A stretch of 64,000 bases of DNA from NCBI GenBank assembly GCA_050250895.1, contig JBFWNU010000001.1, forward strand, positions 320,001-384,000. The letters run 5' to 3'. Below, one piece after another: positions 56,418-64,000 of the stretch. The position numbers and the translations under genes were made by a program. Position 1 is the stretch's first letter; every line of letters begins with the position of its first letter. Under the pieces are notes generated by a model. It was not told where the DNA came from, searched no databases, and saw only the letters and a list, made by a program, of their open reading frames with translations. The DNA comes from Vulcanimicrobiota bacterium (GTDB lineage: Bacteria; Vulcanimicrobiota; Xenobia; Xenobiales; JADMJV01).

Positions 56418-58562
56418 TTGGTGCTCGCAACCAGGGGCAGCCAGTTAAAAATCAAATCACGACGGGCCTTCACGCTATTGGAGATCGTCGTGACTTGCTC
56501 TCTATTGGCGATTTTCGTGGGTGTGACCGCCCTCTCGTTACGCCAGAGTATTCATCAGGCCGGGCCCCAGGGCATGGCCCACGCTCTGGCTGCCGACCTG
56601 CGCTCGGCCCGGGCTGAGGCTCAGCGTCGCGGCTGTCTGGTAGCCGTTTGTCTGCCGTGTGACGACGGAGCCACTCCGGTCAGTCGTAGCTTCACCCTTC
56701 GAGCGGGAGAACAACTCGGTGACGCACTGCGCATTCGCTCGTTCGACCGCGATTTCGAGGCAGGTATCTTCGTCGGCTCCTGGCCCGGTTCGGCACCCGA
56801 CCCGTCGGTCGGGCCGGTCGACTGGTCCCCGGTGACCCAGCAAGAGTATATGGTCTATTTTCGCCCCGACGGCACCATGTTCACCAGCGGCCTGCCTCTG
56901 GTCGACGGCCGCTTGCCTCTGGTGGTGGCCAGCAACGTCAGCTATCAGGCCGCCGGGGATGGATTCTTTGCCCCTCAGGCCATCGCCACCCCCCAGACCG
57001 TCTGGGTCGATGGCTCGGGAGCGATCGAGGTGGTCGAAAACCAGGCTCCCGCCCAGCTGCCCTCGACGGCCGCCCCGCTGGTGGTGGCAGCCACCCCTGC
57101 AGCCACGGCCCTGGCCTCGAGGTCTCCCAGTATCTCTGACATCAAGTTTTTGCCCTCCAGCAACCCGGCCCTCAGTAGCGTCGGTTTAAGCCAGACCTAT
57201 ATCGAAATCCATCCCGAGCAAAAAGAGGGTGACGATCTCGAGTACGGCTTGGCCACGATGGTCCTCGAGGCCATCGACGAAGACGGTGGCCCTCTCTTCT
57301 TCGAGGTCGAAAGCGAGGCTTCGGCTGGCGACCGGGGTCGCTTCACGGTCTTTCAAGACGAAGGGCGGATGAGCTTCATCGACGGCAAGTGGCGCGCCTC
57401 GGTGAGTTGGCGACCCCCGCCGGGGGCCGCCGCCGACACCGAATATGAGTTCGAGGTGGCCGTCAAGGACAAAGACGGCAACCGCGTAGCCACCACCTCG
57501 GGGGCCGGCCTTCTGCCCAGTGTGACCGCTCTGGTGCCTTCGCGGTTAGCGGTCGAATCCAGCCATAACCTGGTCTACGTCGGCAACATCGACGGAGGCG
57601 ACCTGGTTCGCATCACCCCGCTGTCGCAGCACGATCAAGACCCCTTCTTCTCGCCCGACGGCACCAAGCTCTACACCTTCAACAGCACCGGCTCGGACAC
57701 GGTGCTGGTGCAGCAAAACGGTGACGGAACCAACCGGCGTATCGTCAATCCCTTGCCCGTCTCGGTCGGAAGCATTCGCTTCGATCCGCTTTTCATGTAT
57801 GGCTCTTTCGTCCACAGTAAGAGAGTTCTGGTCCATTCCTACACCATCACCACCACCGACTCCGAAGGCAACTCCACTACCGAAACGGTGACGGTTACCC
57901 AGAACGTCAACTCGCTGGCGATTCTCCATCTCTCCAGCGGCAAGTCCTGGGACATCAGCAGCGTGGCCATCGGCAATCTCAGTTGGGACTCGCGGACTCG
58001 CTTCGGCTTCCGGTTTACCGAGGCCGAGACGGTCGACGGGCCGCCCGGCATCGAGATCAAGGGTCGCACTGCTCACCTGGTGGGCTTTCCACCCACCGCC
58101 GAGTCCATCAGCCTCCCTCCCGAGACTCCGAGCTATGTCTATAATCTCAAGGACCCCAGCTGGTGGGTCCGCTTTGCGCCGGGCGACGCCTATACCCCCT
58201 CCAAACTTTTGCTCGAGAACGGGACTCAATCCCATACCCTGCGCTCCAACCTCAACTTGAGCGGCAGTCCCGTCTGGTCAGGCGACGGTCAATGGCTAAC
58301 CTATCTCCATGACGCCAGCGCAGGCCGCTACGATCTCCTGGTCCAACACGTCTTCAATGGCTCCTTTAGCTACACCGGCTCGACCGCGGAGCTGATCCTT
58401 GATGACGTGCCCATCTCTTCGCCAAAATTGTCGCCCGACGGAAAATTCGTCTTTTTTCTGCGCGGTGACCACCTTTTCCGCATCGAGGCGAAGCGGGGAG
58501 CCACAGCCGTCAAGCTCAGTGACACGCTGCCAGGAGTGAAGAGCTTTGCGCTATCGCGCTGA
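56418..58562 (+). CDS. Large prepilin-type protein with TolB/PD40-like propeller
   Basis: RRAFTLLEIVV N-methylation motif; PFFSPDG, PVWSGDG, PKLSPDG. Confidence 0.82.
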   Translation: MVLATRGSQLKIKSRRAFTLLEIVVTCSLLAIFVGVTALSLRQSIHQAGPQGMAHALAADLRSARAEAQRRGCLVAVCLPCDDGATPVSRSFTLRAGEQLGDALRIRSFDRDFEAGIFVGSWPGSAPDPSVGPVDWSPVTQQEYMVYFRPDGTMFTSGLPLVDGRLPLVVASNVSYQAAGDGFFAPQAIATPQTVWVDGSGAIEVVENQAPAQLPSTAAPLVVAATPAATALASRSPSISDIKFLPSSNPALSSVGLSQTYIEIHPEQKEGDDLEYGLATMVLEAIDEDGGPLFFEVESEASAGDRGRFTVFQDEGRMSFIDGKWRASVSWRPPPGAAADTEYEFEVAVKDKDGNRVATTSGAGLLPSVTALVPSRLAVESSHNLVYVGNIDGGDLVRITPLSQHDQDPFFSPDGTKLYTFNSTGSDTVLVQQNGDGTNRRIVNPLPVSVGSIRFDPLFMYGSFVHSKRVLVHSYTITTTDSEGNSTTETVTVTQNVNSLAILHLSSGKSWDISSVAIGNLSWDSRTRFGFRFTEAETVDGPPGIEIKGRTAHLVGFPPTAESISLPPETPSYVYNLKDPSWWVRFAPGDAYTPSKLLLENGTQSHTLRSNLNLSGSPVWSGDGQWLTYLHDASAGRYDLLVQHVFNGSFSYTGSTAELILDDVPISSPKLSPDGKFVFFLRGDHLFRIEAKRGATAVKLSDTLPGVKSFALSR

Positions 58563-59328
58563 TTTCGCTTTTTCCCTCGTAGAGGCCGTCTTCTCGAGCT
58601 TCTTGCTGCTGACGGCCGTGACGATGAGCGTCTATCTATTCGACGCTTCGCTGCGCGCCCAGGCCGAAAACGACGTCCGCATGCAGGCCACCCTGGTGGC
58701 CCAAAGCCGGCTCGACGAGATTCGCGCCTATGCCGATACCAACTTCGGGTCGGGCCTGGCTCTTTTTGACGGCCTCGAGATCGAGCCCCCTGAGGCTCCC
58801 AATCTCAAGGTGAGAACGCGGGCAGCCCGCAAGCAGATGTATCTGCCCTGTACCGAACTCGAAACCCAATATGCTCCCGGAGCGGTCTTTCCCCAGCCCG
58901 AACGCAAAACGTTGGAAAAGTCCGCCTGGCAGGTCGAAGTCGAGGTCCGCTGGTCGGAGCGTCCGGCCGACCGGGTGACCCTGGTGAGCTATGTGGGCGA
59001 CTGGCGCCGGGGCAATTTCAACATCAGCATCACCCCCAACAATCCCGCCCCCATCCCGCCCAGAGATACGCTCGAATTCGAGGCCGTGGCCACCGACGAC
59101 GATGGTCGCCGCCTGGATGATTTGGTGCTAACCTGGTATGTCAACCCGCTCGATGGCCTGGGCACCATCTCGCAAGTCTCGCGGGACGGCACCAAATGCC
59201 TCTACAAGAACCACTTTCGCGACTATGACGGCTCGTATAAGGTGCAGCCGGGCCAGTGCGAACTGGAAGTTCGGGCGGTCTTTGCCGGGATCGAGCGGCG
59301 GGCCACCAGGGTGGTGGTCAATGAGTAA
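58546..59328 (+). CDS. Minor (pseudo)pilin, PilV-like
   Basis: AFSLVEAVF. Confidence 0.72.
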   Translation: MRYRADFAFSLVEAVFSSFLLLTAVTMSVYLFDASLRAQAENDVRMQATLVAQSRLDEIRAYADTNFGSGLALFDGLEIEPPEAPNLKVRTRAARKQMYLPCTELETQYAPGAVFPQPERKTLEKSAWQVEVEVRWSERPADRVTLVSYVGDWRRGNFNISITPNNPAPIPPRDTLEFEAVATDDDGRRLDDLVLTWYVNPLDGLGTISQVSRDGTKCLYKNHFRDYDGSYKVQPGQCELEVRAVFAGIERRATRVVVNE

Positions 59329-59830
59329 GCGCGGCTTTAGCCTGTTAGAGGCGCTTTTCGGGATGCTGATCACCTTTCTGGTGCTCTCGGCCGTCGTCTA
59401 TATCCTGCAGCAGGCTGTCACCGTGCGGGGCAGCGTCGAAGAAGTGGGCAGCTTCACCGAACTCAGCCACGCGATCGGCTTGATCCGACGCGATCTGGCC
59501 ACGGCCATCAGAGTGGACACACCCACCGGCACCTCGGCTCATCGCATCGTGGTGCGCCAGATCGATGAAAGTCAGGATTTCTTGACCCGCGTGGCCGACG
59601 GCAACGCCTTCGACAGCACCGAAAGAATTCGGGTCGAATACGAGCGCAGTGACGGCATTCTCAGGCGCCAGGTCTACGACTCGCTGGGCAATCTCAGGGC
59701 CAACCAGAGACTGCTGGCCTGCTCGTCGTTTGAAACCGGCCGCACCTTGAGCCTGATCACCATCAAGGTCGGTATCGAGAAAGAGCGCTCTTCTCGCATC
59801 TACGCCTTCCAATGCAGGGTCATGCCATGA
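59321..59830 (+). CDS. Minor (pseudo)pilin, PilW/GspJ-like
   Basis: KRGFSLLEAL. Confidence 0.75.
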   Translation: MSKRGFSLLEALFGMLITFLVLSAVVYILQQAVTVRGSVEEVGSFTELSHAIGLIRRDLATAIRVDTPTGTSAHRIVVRQIDESQDFLTRVADGNAFDSTERIRVEYERSDGILRRQVYDSLGNLRANQRLLACSSFETGRTLSLITIKVGIEKERSSRIYAFQCRVMP

Positions 59831-60288
59831 GGCACCGCGGATTTTTGCTGGTCCTTTCGCTGCTGTTGACGGTCTTGATCGCCATTATCGCCCTGGGCCT
59901 CCTCAGCATGCGGCGCGGCGGCTATGCCACTTCGATGGCAGGAGTCGAGGCAGCCCAGGCCAGGGCGCTGGCCATCGCCGGGATGGAAGACATCCGGGTC
60001 AAGTTGGCCAAAGACCCCTTCTACCCCACCGGGGTTGGCGACGAGCAGGTCGTCTTCAGCTATACCGAGGCAGTCACCAGCCTGGATGACCCCGCCCGCA
60101 CCCTGGGCACCTATCGGGTGACCGTCGATCGCTCCCACCGCGACCCTCAGAAGGTCTTGCGGATCGAGTCGCGGGGGTTCGTGGGCGGGCTGCGGGCCGA
60201 AGGGGCCATGTTCACGATCTATGGCGAACTGGACCTGACCGATTTCAGCTTCAAAGTCTGGCGTGAAGGAACTTTTCCCCAGCTTTGA
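59827..60288 (+). CDS. Minor (pseudo)pilin, PilX/GspK-like
   Basis: RGFLLVLSLL lacking E5; QARALA.AG.E. Confidence 0.72.
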   Translation: MRHRGFLLVLSLLLTVLIAIIALGLLSMRRGGYATSMAGVEAAQARALAIAGMEDIRVKLAKDPFYPTGVGDEQVVFSYTEAVTSLDDPARTLGTYRVTVDRSHRDPQKVLRIESRGFVGGLRAEGAMFTIYGELDLTDFSFKVWREGTFPQL

Positions 60289-61346
60289 AGATCCCGTTTT
60301 TCGATCGCGAGCGGCCGGCGCGCTGCAAGCCCGAGACCCTCAGCACCTTCACCAAGCAACTGTCGGCCCTGATCGGGTCGGGCGTGCCTTTGCACAAGGC
60401 CCTGGAAGCGCTCTCGCGAGAAGACGGTGAAGAGCTGCACCAGCGAGTTGTTCCCGAACTGGTGCGCCAGGTGGCCTCAGGCCACACCCTGTCGCGCAGT
60501 CTCCTCCGCTTTCCGGGTGTCTTTCCGCCGACCTACGTGGCTTTGATGCGAGCGGCCGAACAGACCGGCGCCCTGGTCGCCGTGCTGGACCGTCTCAGCG
60601 AGTGGCTGGATCGCACCGTGGCTCTCAAGCGCCGGGTGTCCAATGCTCTGACCTACCCGGTTTTCGTGCTGATCCTGTCGTTGGGCTTAACGGTGGCCTT
60701 GTTCCGAACGGTCGTGCCCAAGATTCTCGACACCGTGGAGGGACTCGGGGTAGAGTTTCCTCTACCGACCCGCATCTTGGCCGGGTTGGTAGCCGCCCTC
60801 GGCAAGCCGTGGCTGTGGGTGCTGGCCGGGTTGATCGTGGCCCTGGTCGTTTTCTACCTGCGCACCCCCGAGGGCACCTATCGCCTCCAGGCGGTGGCCG
60901 CCGTGCTGCCGGTGGTCGGACCGATCGTGGTCCACTCCAGCGCCTCGCGCTATGCCTTCACGCTCTCGATGTTGACGGCTACCGGAGTCGACTTTCTGCA
61001 ATCGCTCAATATCTCGGCCGAAGCCAGTGGCAGCCTGTTGATCTGGGAAGACAGCCAGCGGGTCCAGCGCACCATCAGAGAAGGTGGCAAACTCTCGGAG
61101 ATTTTCGAGGACCAGTTGCACTACCCTCACCTGCTCTGCCAGCTAGTTCGGTTGGGGGAAGAGGTCGGTCGTTTTGATCGCTTTCTGCAAAAGGCTTGCT
61201 CGATGCTCGAAGAAGACACCGGCTATCGCCTGGAACGCCTCACGGCCCTGGTCGAGCCCCTGATTTTGGCCGGCTTGTCTTGCTTTGTGGGCTTCGTGCT
61301 CATCTCGACTCTGCTGCCCCTCTCGAAACTGGCCGCCGCTCTGTAG
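60285..61346 (+). CDS. Type II secretion F / PilC platform protein
   Basis: FTKQLSALIGSGVPL, ALTYP, GEEVG, LVEP. Confidence 0.9.
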   Translation: MKIPFFDRERPARCKPETLSTFTKQLSALIGSGVPLHKALEALSREDGEELHQRVVPELVRQVASGHTLSRSLLRFPGVFPPTYVALMRAAEQTGALVAVLDRLSEWLDRTVALKRRVSNALTYPVFVLILSLGLTVALFRTVVPKILDTVEGLGVEFPLPTRILAGLVAALGKPWLWVLAGLIVALVVFYLRTPEGTYRLQAVAAVLPVVGPIVVHSSASRYAFTLSMLTATGVDFLQSLNISAEASGSLLIWEDSQRVQRTIREGGKLSEIFEDQLHYPHLLCQLVRLGEEVGRFDRFLQKACSMLEEDTGYRLERLTALVEPLILAGLSCFVGFVLISTLLPLSKLAAAL

Positions 61347-61363
61347 CGGGTCTCACCAACGAA

Positions 61364-61393
61364 GAAGCCCCCGCAGAGACTGGCGGAGGCTTC
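61364..61393. terminator. Hairpin between convergent genes
   Basis: GAAGCC.CCGC...GCGG.GGCTTC. Confidence 0.5.
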
Positions 61394-61413
61394 CTCGGTC
61401 AGACCCAGGCGGG

Positions 61414-61947
61414 TCAGGCTTGGCCATCGTCGTGGCCGATTTCGCCGCGACGCACGAAGTCTTCCACCAGGAGCAGGGCATCGCCCGCGTGATGAATCGT
61501 GTCGAGGAGCGTGCTCATCGACGAGACTTCTTCGAGTTGCTCGGTCACGAACCACTGCAAGAAGGTGTGGGTCATGTGATCTTTGTTCTTGGCTGCTTCA
61601 TCCACCAGGTTATTGATCTGGCGGGTCACCTCGAGTTCGCCATCGAGGGCGCACTGGACCGCGTCGGCGGCGCTGGTGAAATCGTTGCGCAGGTTGGGAA
61701 GGCCCCGAATCTCGGGTTTGGCGCCTGCGTCGAGCATGTACTGGACGAACTTCATCGCGTGCACGCGCTCTTCTTCGGCTTGTTTGTAGAAATGCTTGGC
61801 CAGCGACGGCAAGCTGGCATCGTCGAAATGAACGGCGATAGCGACATACTGCGCCGAGGCCTTGAATTCGTTCTGGATCTGCTGGTTCAACAGGTCGACC
61901 AACTTATCGTTGACGAGCTGATTTGGATTCGCTTTTTTCTTTGCCAC
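61414..61947 (-). CDS. ftnA: Non-heme ferritin
   Basis: LNQQIQNEF.AS..Y, EEERVHAMK, FLQWFVTEQLEE. Confidence 0.93.
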   Translation of the reverse strand: MAKKKANPNQLVNDKLVDLLNQQIQNEFKASAQYVAIAVHFDDASLPSLAKHFYKQAEEERVHAMKFVQYMLDAGAKPEIRGLPNLRNDFTSAADAVQCALDGELEVTRQINNLVDEAAKNKDHMTHTFLQWFVTEQLEEVSSMSTLLDTIHHAGDALLLVEDFVRRGEIGHDDGQA

Positions 61948-62123
61948 GGTGAGCTTCCTTTACAATCTGGTCCGGGCGCCTTCCACGCCATCGGCCCGGG
62001 TCCTTTTGAGCCCCGCCCCCGGTAAAGCCAGGCCGATTAAAGGAAGGCAATGCTCTGAGGCGAAGACAGGCGCCGCTCGCGGCTTTCGCCGCGAGGATGT
62101 TTAATGAAGGGACGGGGTATCAA

Positions 62124-64000
62124 GTGAAACAGCGCAAGAAATTGATTCCCCTCTTGCTTACGCTGGTACTGGCCACCTTCGCGCTGAGCCAGGCTAAGGA
62201 AGAGTTCAAAGTTCTGATTGATGGCAACCGCAACGCGGCCGTAAAGATCTCGACCGACGAAGGTCAGACCGGCACCGAGGGCACCATCAAAGCCAGCATC
62301 GACCTGCCCAAGGGCGAGTCGGTTCTGGATCTCAACCTTGATATAGAAGACGCCAAGCAGCTTGGCGACGGTTCGATGTTGGCTAATGCCAAGGTCAACT
62401 CGGGTACTTTGGAGGTGGTCGGCTCGGCCGACATCCCCGTTCCCGCCGAGGACGCCCCCGAGAAGCTCACCGCCTCTATCGAGAGCGTGACCCAGAATGA
62501 TGTCTCGGTGGCCAAGGCCGATCTGGCGCTGGTGACCAAGACCCCCGAGAAGATCCCCACCGTCAAGCTCGACGCCAACGGCGAAGGCTCGGTAAAGGCG
62601 TTCAAGGGCGGCCTCACCTACAGCGTCAAGAGCGACGACGGCGACCTCAAAGAGATCCCCTTCAACAACTTGGTCGTGGCCATCTCCGAAGCGGAGGACA
62701 AAACCACCATCGAACTCACCATCAGCGCCCCGCCGGGTGAGTTCGCCAATCAGCTCAAGATGCTGCCCCAGGCCAAAGATCCCCTCGAGCAGAATCTCAG
62801 ACAAGCACAGATCGAGATCGAGAAGATCGAGTTTCCCGAGGTCGAAGAAACGCCCCAGGGCAACACCGCCAGGGCGACCCTGGTGCTCAAGAACGTGCGC
62901 GCCACGCTCCACCGCGCCATCGACGCCTTTGGCCCCAACATGGGCTCGCCCGAGATCTCCGGCGAGGTGATGGCCCAGGCCTTCAACAACATCGTGGAAG
63001 TGCGCCTCAACAAGTTCCAGTTCACCATGGAGGTCAAGGAAGGCGAAGTGAGCGGAGCCCTCGAGGGTGACCTCTCGCAAGTCGACAAGTTCTTCGAAGG
63101 CTACCTGACCATCATGCCAGCCGTGCTCAAGACGGCCAAACAACAGCAAAATTTCTACCAATATGGCGAAGCCGCCCCGATTGTCGAGGCCTTCTACGAC
63201 ATCAACATGCAAAACGGCCTCAAGATGATTCGCCTGATGCTCGACTCGCCGCTCGATTTCAAAGGCTCCGGCAGCCTCAACATGAGCAAGACCGAAGACA
63301 AGATGAGCCTCGACGCCAAGGCCGATCTTTCGACCGAAGGCTATGAGGAGTTCGTCAAGAAGGCCAAAGAGCAAGGCATTCCCGTAGCGGAAAAGGCCCT
63401 GTTGCTGGGCGACCTGCAAATGGAGAGCAACCGTCTGGTCGGTAAGGCCTATATGTACACCGACGGCGACCTGATCAGCTACTACAAGGGAATGCTCATC
63501 GGCGCCCTGGGCCAGGCCGGTGCGGCCGAGGCTCAAGACATCGTCAAACAACTCGAAATCAAAGAGTCCGAGTTCAATCTGAACCTGACCGGCTCGAAGC
63601 TGACCATCAAAGGTTACGGCGAGACCACCGACCTGACTCCCGCTGTCAGCGCCATCCTGAAGAAGGGGGCGGCCCAGCTCGAGGGCACCCTCGTAGGCGT
63701 CAAGATGGACTTCACCTTCAAGCCCGACGGCAGTGGTGCGGGTGAGCCCGTAACCCTCTACTTCAAGGACTTCATGCCCGGCAAATCCGAAGACCAGATC
63801 AAGAAAGCCCTGTCGTTCCCGAGTTCGGCCACCGTCACGGCCGACGCCGCCAGTAGCGACGTCACCCTGGTCGCGGTCGAAAAGCCGGCCCTCGAGATGG
63901 ATCCCAAACTGGCAGCCATCCAGAGCGAAGCTCAGGCCAAGCTCGGTTCGACCGCTGTGGCCGCCGGAGCCACCTCGGGCAGCAAGAGCTGGATGATGAT
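62124..64000 (+). CDS. Large secreted or surface hypothetical protein (3' truncated; absent from the ORF track)
   Basis: Signal peptide MKQRKKLIPLLLTLVLATFALSQA; strong codon bias; frame appears open to the window end. Confidence 0.8.
   Translation, partial: MKQRKKLIPLLLTLVLATFALSQAKEEFKVLIDGNRNAAVKISTDEGQTGTEGTIKASIDLPKGESVLDLNLDIEDAKQLGDGSMLANAKVNSGTLEVVGSADIPVPAEDAPEKLTASIESVTQNDVSVAKADLALVTKTPEKIPTVKLDANGEGSVKAFKGGLTYSVKSDDGDLKEIPFNNLVVAISEAEDKTTIELTISAPPGEFANQLKMLPQAKDPLEQNLRQAQIEIEKIEFPEVEETPQGNTARATLVLKNVRATLHRAIDAFGPNMGSPEISGEVMAQAFNNIVEVRLNKFQFTMEVKEGEVSGALEGDLSQVDKFFEGYLTIMPAVLKTAKQQQNFYQYGEAAPIVEAFYDINMQNGLKMIRLMLDSPLDFKGSGSLNMSKTEDKMSLDAKADLSTEGYEEFVKKAKEQGIPVAEKALLLGDLQMESNRLVGKAYMYTDGDLISYYKGMLIGALGQAGAAEAQDIVKQLEIKESEFNLNLTGSKLTIKGYGETTDLTPAVSAILKKGAAQLEGTLVGVKMDFTFKPDGSGAGEPVTLYFKDFMPGKSEDQIKKALSFPSSATVTADAASSDVTLVAVEKPALEMDPKLAAIQSEAQAKLGSTAVAAGATSGSKSWMM

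Noticed and set aside
62037-63551. 504-aa minus-strand ORF
   Set aside because: Antisense shadow of the plus-strand gene from 62124; typical of high-GC codon bias.

Overview
High-GC bacterial chromosome segment. The style (many leaderless promoters, Sec-less low-complexity proteins, a DUF222-like HNH gene, a pseudopilin cluster) is reminiscent of Candidatus Eremiobacterota-like genomes; this is an impression, not tested. Housekeeping blocks are radC-plsX-recG-rsmD, kup, SulP/beta-carbonic anhydrase with an OmpR-type two-component pair, a P1B-4 ATPase, pyrBICDEF, sbcDC, a pseudopilin/PilC operon and ferritin. Three features stand out. (1) A putative regulon: six genes encoding orphan or effector-like proteins without a Sec signal share a TTCAG-N10-TANNNT promoter, four with a second box 11 bp upstream, which is pho-box-like geometry. 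(2) An island at about 47.8-54 kb has two orphan RHS toxin/immunity cassettes, each followed by the same ~215-bp structured element, with an inverted HNH endonuclease gene between them bounded by a 12-bp inverted repeat. (3) A PqqD/RRE-like domain is fused to a twin-arginine-like leader and a 12-Cys core. Also found: a structured 5' leader on the carbonic anhydrase gene, a 59-aa Cys-rich ORF missing from the ORF track with an FNR-type box at -41.5, and an SbcD with degenerate metal ligands. All calls come from reading the sequence by eye; no database searches were run.
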